Assembly (NCBI RefSeq): GCF_002015085.1
Contig: NZ_MUXW01000003.1
Location: 99,181 to 131,180 of the forward strand
Length of the DNA: 32,000 nt
From: Glaesserella parasuis
GTDB lineage: Bacteria; Pseudomonadota; Gammaproteobacteria; Enterobacterales; Pasteurellaceae
Reading direction: 5' to 3'
The position numbers and the translations under genes are program-made. Positions 1 to 10,149 of the stretch are shown here, one piece after another (position 1 is the stretch's first letter; every line of letters begins with the position of its first letter). Below the pieces are notes generated by a model that was not told the origin of the DNA, made no database searches, and was given only the letters and a program-made list of their open reading frames with translations.

Positions 1-415
1 TAATATCCAAAATCGGTGTACCATCGACTAAATCAACACTGCCTAAATGTAAATAAACCTCGCCCTCTTTAACTTCAATACGATCTAATGCCACCTTCGA
101 TAAACCTAACGGATTTGGGCGATGTGTCGCACGGCTGGCAAATACACCAACACGCTCATTCCCACCCAAGCGGGGAGGGCGAACAGTAGCGTGCCACTCT
201 CGTTCAGGAATTTGATGAAATTGAAAAATAAGCCAAAGATGGCTAAATTGCTCCAAACCTCGTACTGCATCAGGCGTATTATAAGGTGGCAACAAACGCA
301 AAATACCTCGCCCTTCACGGACTAAATTGGGCTGACGAGGAACGGCAAATTTTTCCCCATAAGGTGTTTGTATCGTTCCAATGGGAGAAAGGGTTAAAGA
401 GGACGGATTTGTCAT
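1..415 (-). CDS. trmO: tRNA m6t6A37 methyltransferase TrmO (YaeB/TsaA family). This is the N-terminal part; the ORF runs off the left edge.
   Basis: My translation from ATG (complement of 415..413) gives [68 protein letters not shown]...[30 protein letters not shown]...[11 protein letters not shown], with no stop before position 1. It is colinear with E. coli YaeB motifs (FAVPRQP, RPPRLGG, RPNP.G, DGTP..DI). It is absent from the ORF track because it is open-ended. Confidence 0.85.
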   Translation of the reverse strand, partial: MTNPSSLTLSPIGTIQTPYGEKFAVPRQPNLVREGRGILRLLPPYNTPDAVRGLEQFSHLWLIFQFHQIPEREWHATVRPPRLGGNERVGVFASRATHRPNPLGLSKVALDRIEVKEGEVYLHLGSVDLVDGTPILDI

Positions 416-519
416 AAAAAGGCAAATTTTCTGTTAAAAATCAAAACATATAAGAACATTTTGTAATAAAATACACAGTTTTAAAAGAAAAACTTCATTA
501 AAGTGACTAATTTATTGAT

Positions 520-1425
520 ATGAATAAAGGTTCTATGTTCTCTATTTGGCTTTCAACGGCTCGCCCAAAAACCTTACCGCTTGCATTAGCTTCTATTTTG
601 GTTGGTTCTGCATTAGCTTTTTGGCAAGGAAAATTTGATTGGCTAACCACCCTACTGGCTTTTATCACAACGATTTTGTTACAAATTTTGTCTAACTTTG
701 CTAATGATTATGGTGATCACATCAAAGGATCTGATACGGAACAGAGGATCGGCCCTTTACGAGCAATTCAACAGGGTGAGATTTCGGGACAACAGTTGAA
801 AACAGCCTTGATTTTTGTTGCTGTATTATCTTTTATATCTGGAAGTGTATTGATTGGTTATGCTTATCAAAGTTGGCAAGATCTTATTGTTTTTGCACTA
901 CTTGGCATTTTAGCGATTGTCGCAGCAATTACTTACACCGTAGGAAAAAAACCTTATGGCTATTTAGGATTAGGCGATATTTCCGTACTCATTTTCTTTG
1001 GATTTTTAGCTGTTTTAGGTACATTCTACTTACAAGCCCATACCCTACAGTTTGATCTATTACTTCCCGCTTTCGGCTGTGGTCTATTATCTGTGGCAGT
1101 ATTAAATATCAATAACTTACGCGATATTGAGCAAGATAAACAAGCGGGTAAAAATACCCTTATTGTCCGTATCGGTAGCCAGAATGGACGCCGTTATCAT
1201 CTTCTTTTACTCAGTTTAGCTGTACTATCCTATCTTTTATTCACTCTGACGAATTTTGCTCATTGGTACAATTTCCTATACTTATTAGCAATCCCTTTAC
1301 TAGTCAAACACGGTTTATTTGTTTACCTCCACAAACATCCAACAGAACTTCGCCCTATCCTTGGACAAATGGCAGGGTTGGCATTGATAACAAATTTGCT
1401 GTTTGGGTTGAGTATCATGTTATAA
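520..1425 (+). CDS. menA: 1,4-dihydroxy-2-naphthoate octaprenyltransferase (UbiA superfamily)
   Basis: 301-aa polytopic membrane ORF. It is colinear with E. coli MenA and carries the motifs ARPKTLPLA, LQILSNFANDYGD, GPLRA, YTVGKKPYGYLGLGD and LNINNLRDIEQD. Confidence 0.92.
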   Translation: MNKGSMFSIWLSTARPKTLPLALASILVGSALAFWQGKFDWLTTLLAFITTILLQILSNFANDYGDHIKGSDTEQRIGPLRAIQQGEISGQQLKTALIFVAVLSFISGSVLIGYAYQSWQDLIVFALLGILAIVAAITYTVGKKPYGYLGLGDISVLIFFGFLAVLGTFYLQAHTLQFDLLLPAFGCGLLSVAVLNINNLRDIEQDKQAGKNTLIVRIGSQNGRRYHLLLLSLAVLSYLLFTLTNFAHWYNFLYLLAIPLLVKHGLFVYLHKHPTELRPILGQMAGLALITNLLFGLSIML

Positions 1426-1459
1426 ATCTGGGATTAACTGGCTTACAGTTTGTATATCT

Positions 1460-1621
1460 TTATAGCTTCTCCGCTTTCTCTGGCAACAACACAGGAATGC
1501 CATTTTCAATCGGATAATAAACATTCGCCGAACGGCTAATTAAACGGTTGTTTTCTTTATCCCACTCTAATTTGGTCTGAGTGATTGGGCAAGCGATCGT
1601 ATTAAGCAGTTTTTCGTTCAT
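1460..1621 (-). CDS. ycaR: Small Trm112-like protein YcaR (UPF0434), 53 aa
   Basis: My translation gives [53 protein letters not shown]. The LL..IACP start and the GIPVLL end resemble E. coli YcaR. It lies directly downstream of lpxK, overlapping its last 20 nt. It is below the size cut-off of the ORF track. Confidence 0.7.
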   Translation of the reverse strand: MNEKLLNTIACPITQTKLEWDKENNRLISRSANVYYPIENGIPVLLPEKAEKL

Positions 1622-2624
1622 TCTGTTTTCTCACTAATTCAAGGACGGGTTCTAATAAACAAGCGGTATCTTGTGCTGAAAATTTTGCAGAAACAGGCAC
1701 ATACCACCAATTTGGTTGAGCAAAACTACGGCATTTTACCGCATCTTTTTCGGTCATTAATAGCGGTAAGCCGTCTTTCTGTAAAGGTTCGATTATGTTT
1801 AACGCGTAAGGTTGATGATCAGCAAAGCCATAACTTTCTTTAAGTTGAATGCCAAGCTCTTGCAACATCATAAAAAAACGAGACGGATAGCCAATGCCTG
1901 CAAGGGCAATCGCCGACTGATGATAAAAATCGGTTATCGGTTTTTTCTCGCCTGTTTTTAAATTGATTACCCATTCAGGTTCTAACTGCATTAGATGTTC
2001 GCCTACTTGTGCAGATTTTCCGTTGCAAATCACCGCTTGCACTGATTTTAAACGGCTTGGAAGCTCTCTCAATCCACCTGCCGGCAAGACAAAACCGTTG
2101 CCAAAACGACGCTCGCCATCGACAACAACCCACTCCATATCTCGTTCAAGGGCGTAATGTTGTAAGCCATCATCAGTAATAATGAGATCCAACTCAAATT
2201 GGCTCAATAATAGTTCAATGCTTTGTCGGCGGTTCGGCGAAACGGCGACTGGAGCGAGTGTTCGTTGCGCAATGAGTACAGGCTCATCCCCCATTAATTC
2301 GGGATTGCTATCGGCTGTGACTAACTGTGGATATTGCTTGTTTTTTCCACCATAACCACGGGAGATAACACCAACTTTCACGCCACGCTGTTGAAGCTGT
2401 TCTACCAACCACACGACCACAGGTGTTTTGCCGTTTCCGCCAACAGAAATATTTCCCACCACTAAGACTGGCACTGGCGAGCGGTAAGATGTTAGGATTT
2501 TTTTGCGGTATAACATCACTCGAATTTGGCTAATCAACCAAAAAAGCAGGGAGAGAGGGGCAAGTAGCCAAGTGACGAGGGATTTTGTTTGCCAGATGTT
2601 CATAGTTGTTATACGTAAAGTCAT
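1602..2624 (-). CDS. lpxK: Tetraacyldisaccharide 4'-kinase (lipid A biosynthesis)
   Basis: 340-aa ORF with an N-terminal membrane helix, the P-loop [12 protein letters not shown], and the motifs [16 protein letters not shown] and TEKDAVK. The true start may be the internal Met at 2603 (MNIWQTKSL...), which aligns better with other LpxK N-termini. Confidence 0.92.
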   Translation of the reverse strand: MTLRITTMNIWQTKSLVTWLLAPLSLLFWLISQIRVMLYRKKILTSYRSPVPVLVVGNISVGGNGKTPVVVWLVEQLQQRGVKVGVISRGYGGKNKQYPQLVTADSNPELMGDEPVLIAQRTLAPVAVSPNRRQSIELLLSQFELDLIITDDGLQHYALERDMEWVVVDGERRFGNGFVLPAGGLRELPSRLKSVQAVICNGKSAQVGEHLMQLEPEWVINLKTGEKKPITDFYHQSAIALAGIGYPSRFFMMLQELGIQLKESYGFADHQPYALNIIEPLQKDGLPLLMTEKDAVKCRSFAQPNWWYVPVSAKFSAQDTACLLEPVLELVRKQNERKTA

Positions 2625-2650
2625 TTATATGTTTCTATGATGTACTGTCC

Positions 2651-2679
2651 ATTCTATGGCATCAAATAAGTAATGTCTA
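2651..2679 (-). promoter_or_regulatory. Candidate sigma70 promoter for lpxK-ycaR
   Basis: The minus strand reads TAGACA (2679..2674), a 17-nt spacer, then TAGAAT (2656..2651), about 27 nt upstream of the ATG at 2624. This is a pattern match only. Confidence 0.35.
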
Positions 2680-2795
2680 AAAAATAAATTATTTTTGTAA
2701 GCATAGGGCGTGTTGATCTTTTAAGTACAAAAAACAAACGACATAGAAATTTGGTATAATTTAGTTCGCCAAAACCTAACCATCCCATACAAACT

Positions 2796-3152
2796 ATGTC
2801 GCTTAGAACTATTTTAACAGATAATCTTTGGAAACGCCTAGCTTATTTACTCGACCGTACAGGACGTGTTTATAATAAACCTGAACATCGTAATACAGTG
2901 GAAGGGATTTTATATCGCATTCGTACGGGATGCCCTTGGCGTGATTTACCTGCTGAATTTGGCTTGTGGAACACGATTTATCGTCGGTTCAATCTTTGGT
3001 CTAAAAAGGGTGTTTGGCAAGAAGTGCTAAAATCATTTAGACAATATATTGATTCTGAATGGATTTTTATTGATAGCAGTGTCATCAAGGCTCACCAGCA
3101 TTCAACAGGCACAAGCGGTCAAAATCTGCAAGCGATTGGTAAAAGTAGTTGA
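2796..3152 (+). mobile_element. IS5-family (IS427/IS1031-like) transposase, N-terminal fragment only. The DDE catalytic part is missing, so this is a truncated IS remnant.
   Basis: The 118-aa ORF carries the DUF4096-type motif ILYRIRTGCPWRDLP..FG.WNTIYRRFNLWSKKGVW and DSSVIKAHQHSTG...QAIGKS. It stops where full-length relatives continue with RGG.TTKIH and the DDE domain. The element ends were not identified. Confidence 0.75.
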
Positions 3153-3175
3153 TTCCAGCATAGCATGACTATAAA

Positions 3176-3194
3176 ATAAATAATAATCATTATT
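3176..3194. promoter_or_regulatory. Candidate Fur box upstream of hutX
   Basis: ATAAATAATAATCATTATT matches the 19-bp Fur consensus GATAATGATAATCATTATC at 14 of 19 positions, including the whole core AATAATCATTAT. It lies 18 nt upstream of the hutX ATG. Confidence 0.55.
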
Positions 3195-3211
3195 AACTTG
3201 TGCATAACAAC

Positions 3212-3706
3212 ATGAACTCTTATAGACAACAAATCACCCAGCTTCTTGCTGAAAACCCGAATATGATTACCCTTGAAATTGCGGAAAAATTAGCTCTCCC
3301 AGAAGGGCAAGTGCTTTGCAATTTACCGAGTGAATTTGTCCGCTTGTTCTCTGCAGATAGAGCGGAAGAGATTCTACAAGCGATCAGTCAATGGGGAACA
3401 TTTACAACTATCATCGAAAAAGAAGGTTCCATTTTTGAAATTAAAGACCGTTTTCCAAGCGGGATCTTTGCTCGAGGTTATTACAATTTGAATATGAAGG
3501 ATCAAGAAGGCACACTTCACGGGCATTTAAAGCTTGATAATATTGCTCGAATTGCCTTTGTTAGCTTGCCGTTTAGAGGGAAAGAAAGCTACAACATTGC
3601 TTTTATTGCACATAACGGGCAAACCATTTTTAAAGTGTATCTCGGTCGAGATGAGCAGCGGCAACTCTTCCCAACACAAGTTGAAAAATTTAAGACATTT
3701 CAATAA
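3212..3706 (+). CDS. hutX: Heme utilization cytosolic carrier protein HutX/HugX (ChuX family)
   Basis: The ORF is colinear with Vibrio HutX, with the motifs GSIFE.K..FP.G..ARGYYNL, LHGHLKL.NI and FKVYLGRDE.R. The ORF track starts at GTG 3200; ATG 3212 (MNSYRQQ...) fits homolog length better. The start is uncertain. Confidence 0.85.
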   Translation: MNSYRQQITQLLAENPNMITLEIAEKLALPEGQVLCNLPSEFVRLFSADRAEEILQAISQWGTFTTIIEKEGSIFEIKDRFPSGIFARGYYNLNMKDQEGTLHGHLKLDNIARIAFVSLPFRGKESYNIAFIAHNGQTIFKVYLGRDEQRQLFPTQVEKFKTFQ

Positions 3707-3719
3707 AAAGGAGCGATAA

Positions 3720-4259
3720 ATGTCAAATCGTCAAGAAGTATTACAAAACCGTTTAGGGCCAGAAATTCAAGAATTTAAAGCAAAAATGAAAACATTGGTG
3801 CTTGCCACTGTGGATAAAGAGGGAACCCCTAATGTAAGTTATGCACCATTTGTGATCAACAATGGTGAATATCAAGTATTGATTTCCACCATTGCCCGCC
3901 ACGCATGCAACCTACAGGAAGTGCCGAAAGTGTCGTTAATGTTGCTGGAAGATGAAAGTCAGAGCCGTGAAATTTTTGCTCGTCGCCGTTTGACCTTCGA
4001 CGCAACCGCTCGCATTGCCGAACGCTATAGTGATGAGTGGAATGATGGCATTGCCAAATTAAAAGCCCGTCACGGCGATTTAGTCGATGAGTTAGCAACC
4101 TTGCAAGACTTCAAACTGTTCTGCTTTAAACCACAACAAGGATTATTTGTAAAAGGGTTTGGTAAAGCGTTCCAAGTAAGTGCTGATGAATTAGTGAATT
4201 TTGTTCATCTTGATGAAGGGCATAATAAAGAAATCGGTCCGCACAAGAAAGAGGCATAA
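3720..4259 (+). CDS. hutZ: Heme utilization/degradation protein HutZ/HugZ (pyridoxamine-5'-phosphate-oxidase-like split-barrel family)
   Basis: 179-aa ORF colinear with V. cholerae HutZ, with the motifs LATVD..G.PNVSYAPFV, LIS.IARHA.NL, FAR.RLTFDA, LQDF.LF...P.QGLFVKGFG.A.QVS and FVHL.EGH. An AAGGAG ribosome-binding site precedes the ATG. Confidence 0.88.
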   Translation: MSNRQEVLQNRLGPEIQEFKAKMKTLVLATVDKEGTPNVSYAPFVINNGEYQVLISTIARHACNLQEVPKVSLMLLEDESQSREIFARRRLTFDATARIAERYSDEWNDGIAKLKARHGDLVDELATLQDFKLFCFKPQQGLFVKGFGKAFQVSADELVNFVHLDEGHNKEIGPHKKEA

Positions 4260-4264
4260 AATAT

Positions 4265-4308
4265 AAGCGGTCAGTTTTCGCAAAAAATTTGCAGAAACTG
4301 ACCGCTTG
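4265..4308. terminator. Bidirectional hairpin built from an inverted uptake-signal pair, between the convergent hutZ and glpK
   Basis: AAGCGGTCAGTTT (4265-4277) pairs perfectly with AAACTGACCGCTT (4296-4308), giving a 13-bp stem. An inner GCAAA/TTTGC stem adds to it. The right arm contains the perfect core ACCGCTTGT (4301-4309). Confidence 0.75.
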
Positions 4309-4327
4309 TCTATTTATGGTAAACTAT

Positions 4328-6632
<2,305 letters not shown>

Positions 6633-6667
6633 AAATTCCCCCTAAGGAAATTAAATTAGAAAGTAAA

Positions 6668-6687
6668 AATGTTTGAAAACGAAAGTT
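6668..6687. promoter_or_regulatory. Candidate GlpR operator in the glpF leader
   Basis: AATGTTTGAAAACGAAAGTT matches the E. coli GlpR operator consensus, recalled as WATGTTCGWTAWCGAACATW, at 16 of 20 positions. It overlaps the palindrome GAAAAC-gaaa-GTTTTC. Confidence 0.4.
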
Positions 6688-6742
6688 TTCGAGGGTGAGA
6701 TATAAAAAAAGAACACTTTACGCAAACAATTAAATAAAAATT

Positions 6743-6758
6743 TGTGAAGTTGCTCACA
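6743..6758. promoter_or_regulatory. CRP binding site upstream of glpF
   Basis: TGTGAagttgcTCACA is a perfect match to both half-sites of TGTGA-N6-TCACA with AT-rich flanks. A TAAAGT -10-like hexamer on the minus strand (6715-6720) would place the site near -41.5. Confidence 0.7.
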
Positions 6759-6822
6759 ATTTTTTAAAAAAGAAAGTGATTTTTGTGAAATGTTAATATG
6801 TATCCCAAATACGTTACAAACT

Positions 6823-7545
6823 TTATAGCCGTTTTGTTAGATAAAAATAAGCATATTTCATTAATCTCAACTGTCGTTTCCAGCGAGTAGGCTGATGTAA
6901 AATACGAAACAACCACTCCAAACCTAAATTTTGCCAACATTTAGGAGCTCGCTTAACCTTACCGACAAAGACATCATAAGTGCCTCCTACCCCCATATAT
7001 AGTGCATCAGGATAAAGTTGCTGAGCTTTTTGCATAAATTTTTCTTGTTTTGGCGAGCCCATCGCCACGGAAATAAATTTCGCACCACTCGCTTTTATTC
7101 TCCGGATAATTTCTTCTTCCTGCTCTTTAGCGAAATAACCATTTTGTGTTCCAACCACTTTTACTTGCCATTCCTGCAATTTCATTGCTGTTGCTTGTAA
7201 GGTATCCTCTGAGCTTCCAACTAAGAAAACAGGTAAACAGCATTCTCCCAACTCAGCCATCAATCTCTCCCACAAATCAGCGCCTGCAATGCGTTCAATT
7301 TTCGAATACTTCGGATATTTAGATCTGATAGTACAAACTACACTTATTCCATCGGCATATTTATATTCAGCCTCCTCTAATAGCCTTTTCATTTCATTAT
7401 CTTCTTGATAAATCATAATTTTTTCAGCATTTATTGCTATCAATTTACCTGTTAGAAGAACTCCATTATTCAATAAATAGGCTACCAAAGTTTGCTGATT
7501 TTCAACGGCTAATAACTCAACTCCACCAACTGATACTTTATTCAT
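6823..7545 (-). CDS. wecG: UDP-N-acetyl-D-mannosaminuronic acid transferase (ECA lipid III synthesis; WecB/TagA/CpsF glycosyltransferase family)
   Basis: 240-aa ORF colinear with E. coli WecG, with the motifs LVAINAEK, EYKYADGISVV, RIAGADLWE, VAMGSPKQE, PDALYMGVGGTYDVF.G.VKRAP and LGLEWL.R....P.R.KRQLRL. Confidence 0.9.
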   Translation of the reverse strand: MNKVSVGGVELLAVENQQTLVAYLLNNGVLLTGKLIAINAEKIMIYQEDNEMKRLLEEAEYKYADGISVVCTIRSKYPKYSKIERIAGADLWERLMAELGECCLPVFLVGSSEDTLQATAMKLQEWQVKVVGTQNGYFAKEQEEEIIRRIKASGAKFISVAMGSPKQEKFMQKAQQLYPDALYMGVGGTYDVFVGKVKRAPKCWQNLGLEWLFRILHQPTRWKRQLRLMKYAYFYLTKRL

Positions 7546-8797
7546 ACCCCTCTCTCACCCTATTTATCAAATAGGCTACTATATAAGAAAATACAAAAAT
7601 CACACTAAAGAAGCAGAACCGTGAAATAAAAGCATCTATGCCTTCTCGTATCAATACAATCAAATTGAACAAATTTGCCAAACAATAACTTTGAATAACT
7701 GCCGAATTTTTTCCATAGGCAAAAAAATTATCAAAGATACGTATTAAACCACCAACCACCGCCATTCCTATAGCAATCATTGGTATCCCCCCCATAATAT
7801 AAAAAGAGCCTAATAACGTTGGCGACATCGCTAAACCAGAAAAGTTACCTAATACACTTTTCGTGAAATAGTTTGCTGTATTCCACACGATGTCTGGGCG
7901 TTCCTCCCATAATGATTGAGGAATATACACATAAAAATCACGCACGATAGGCATTAATCCTTGAAACTCAATCTCTGCATCCATTATTTTTGCTACATTT
8001 TCCCAAGGCGAAAAGGTATCACGTGTCAAATAAAGAAAAGTGTAAAATGCTTCCGAACCTTGTACATTAAGCCGATACCGCCATAATGCCAACAAAAACA
8101 TTGCAATAACTGTCAAAAGCCCTGCCCTCACCAGCCATTTAAATGATAAAAACCTCCGCAAATACCCCAACAGCATAAACATAACAAAGGCTAATGCAAG
8201 GTTAGCTCGTGTGCCCCCAACGGCTAGGTAACTCAACACCCCAAATGTCATTCCAGCTACCAAAAATAGCCACCAACTTTCTTTAGTAGGCTTTAAGAAA
8301 AACCAAATTAACAAGGCGGGTAAAAAGAAATAAAAGAAACGTTTTAAAGCCACACCACTAACTTGTGCAGAAAAAATGTGGCTATATTTTTCTAATTTGA
8401 ATAACAATAGCCCTTGATTTAACAACATAAATACTAACAGGCTCAGTATTGCAATCGTCATTAAAATCCAAGCGGTCAAATTAGCTAGCGATTTTACCTC
8501 CACCGCATACCTTGGTATTTGCTTATTTCTTCCTATGTAAAGATAACTTACGTAATAGATAAGATAGCCGCCTAAAGCTATTGCTAGTATGTTCCACAAC
8601 ATTGAGATGGCAGGAAGGCGATATTCAAATAGCTCTGCCATCGTCATCGAAAAAGGAAACCCGCCGAAGAAGGTAATAAGATAGATGCCACTAAACAGCA
8701 AATGGAATGAAAAGCCTTGCTGGCGATAATCTCGTTGAATTATCCAAACCAACACACTTATAGCGATTACATAAAAAAGGATTAATCCCGCTAACAT
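7538..8797 (-). CDS. wzyE: Enterobacterial common antigen polymerase
   Basis: 419-aa polytopic ORF colinear with E. coli WzyE, with the motifs SGVALKRFFYFF.PA, VGGTRAN, EAFYTFLYLTRDTFSPWEN, FQGL.PIVRDFYV.IP and REG.D.F.SR. It overlaps the wecG start by 8 nt. Confidence 0.9.
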   Translation of the reverse strand: MLAGLILFYVIAISVLVWIIQRDYRQQGFSFHLLFSGIYLITFFGGFPFSMTMAELFEYRLPAISMLWNILAIALGGYLIYYVSYLYIGRNKQIPRYAVEVKSLANLTAWILMTIAILSLLVFMLLNQGLLLFKLEKYSHIFSAQVSGVALKRFFYFFLPALLIWFFLKPTKESWWLFLVAGMTFGVLSYLAVGGTRANLALAFVMFMLLGYLRRFLSFKWLVRAGLLTVIAMFLLALWRYRLNVQGSEAFYTFLYLTRDTFSPWENVAKIMDAEIEFQGLMPIVRDFYVYIPQSLWEERPDIVWNTANYFTKSVLGNFSGLAMSPTLLGSFYIMGGIPMIAIGMAVVGGLIRIFDNFFAYGKNSAVIQSYCLANLFNLIVLIREGIDAFISRFCFFSVIFVFSYIVAYLINRVREGYE

Positions 8798-8837
8798 GTT
8801 AATGTTCCTTAAACAAGGTGGGTAATTTTTACTGAAA

Positions 8838-9905
8838 TTAGACCGCTTGTAAACTAAGAGAATGTAAACAGTTCAGCCATTCTTGCTTATAACTTAGAGG
8901 GAAAAAAGTAATTTTACTTTTATCAAGTAAAGCCAACTGGGATTTAACTCGTATAATCTCTGAGTTACTGATTTCATCTGCGAAAAGAAAGCTAATTCCC
9001 TCCGCTTGTAAATCTTGTTGAAAAGGATTTGCTCTATGAATGGCTATCGGGATGTTCATCTGTATGAGTAAACACATCGTTCCGATCCCTTGCTGACGCT
9101 CAAAAGGAAAGTAACCAAGATCACATTGAGACAGTAGATCCAAATAAGACTCAAATTCTAATTTCTGAGTAAGAATGTTCACCTGCCCTTGTTGGAAGTC
9201 TTGTTCTGCTTGTTGGCGAACTTGAGCAATATATTTTGAATTACCTGCGGGATACCCCATCGGCACGACTATTCGTACATTTTCGCCAAATATCTCTCGA
9301 ATTTGCTTTAATCCAAGTAAATGTTGATTGCTCGGATCGCCAGAATTTCCTAACAAAATTGTCCGTTGATATGAACATTTTTTAGTCGGAAAATTCGTAG
9401 GCATTCTAGTTGGAAAATAAAGCCGTTGATCAAGAGAGCTCTTACGTTTTAATTGTTGATAAGCGTGATTTAAATCTCCTAAAGTTCCCCACAAGCGTGC
9501 TATTTTACGTTGTGCAAGTCTTCGCAATGGATAAAACAATCTAAACTTTAAAGAAGAAGAGAGCTCATAAAGATCTGCTCCCCAAATATGCCAAACACAA
9601 CGATTTGCTGGGACTAATCCTAACAAGATAGCTAACCACAACGATGCATTGAATTGCCCATGTAGCACAAACCAAGCGGTTGGTTCCTTTCTTGCAATTT
9701 TGATAACTTCTTGAGTGAGTAAATATTCATCTGGATATGAATTAATATCTAATAATGTAAAAGTTTCAGACAAATCACTACGACTAACAACATAAAAATG
9801 AAAAGCATTCGGTAGTTCATCCAATAATTCATTTTGGAAGAAATTTAGTATTGTGTGATTGTGATGGGGAATATTAGCCCCTAAAACATGGATTATATTT
9901 GCCAT
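8838..9905 (-). CDS. wecF: TDP-N-acetylfucosamine:lipid II N-acetylfucosaminyltransferase (ECA)
   Basis: Colinear with E. coli WecF from MANIIHVLGANIPHHN (E. coli MTVLIHVLGSDIPHHN). Other shared motifs are HGQFN..LWLA, HIWGADLYE, LFYPLRRLAQ, YFPTRM, GNSGD.SN, VPMGYP and FPF.RQQGIGT.CLLIQ. I moved the start from the ORF-track 10007 to the ATG at 9905. Confidence 0.88.
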   Translation of the reverse strand: MANIIHVLGANIPHHNHTILNFFQNELLDELPNAFHFYVVSRSDLSETFTLLDINSYPDEYLLTQEVIKIARKEPTAWFVLHGQFNASLWLAILLGLVPANRCVWHIWGADLYELSSSLKFRLFYPLRRLAQRKIARLWGTLGDLNHAYQQLKRKSSLDQRLYFPTRMPTNFPTKKCSYQRTILLGNSGDPSNQHLLGLKQIREIFGENVRIVVPMGYPAGNSKYIAQVRQQAEQDFQQGQVNILTQKLEFESYLDLLSQCDLGYFPFERQQGIGTMCLLIQMNIPIAIHRANPFQQDLQAEGISFLFADEISNSEIIRVKSQLALLDKSKITFFPLSYKQEWLNCLHSLSLQAV

Positions 9906-10149
9906 ATTCCATCTATACCATATTAAAAAGAATAGTCTTGATGTGACATATAAATCACTATTTAAATGTTGCCAAGTGTTCCTATGATATTTAATCCTTT
10001 GACCCATGCTTTAATATTCATTTCACATTAATGACATTATCTATAATTTTTGGTAAATATATTGAGCAACAATAGAGAAATATACGTGAGATTTGAAAAT
10101 TTTCCTGTAAAATTTTACCTCATAAGTTGAATAATTATAGCCAGCCATA

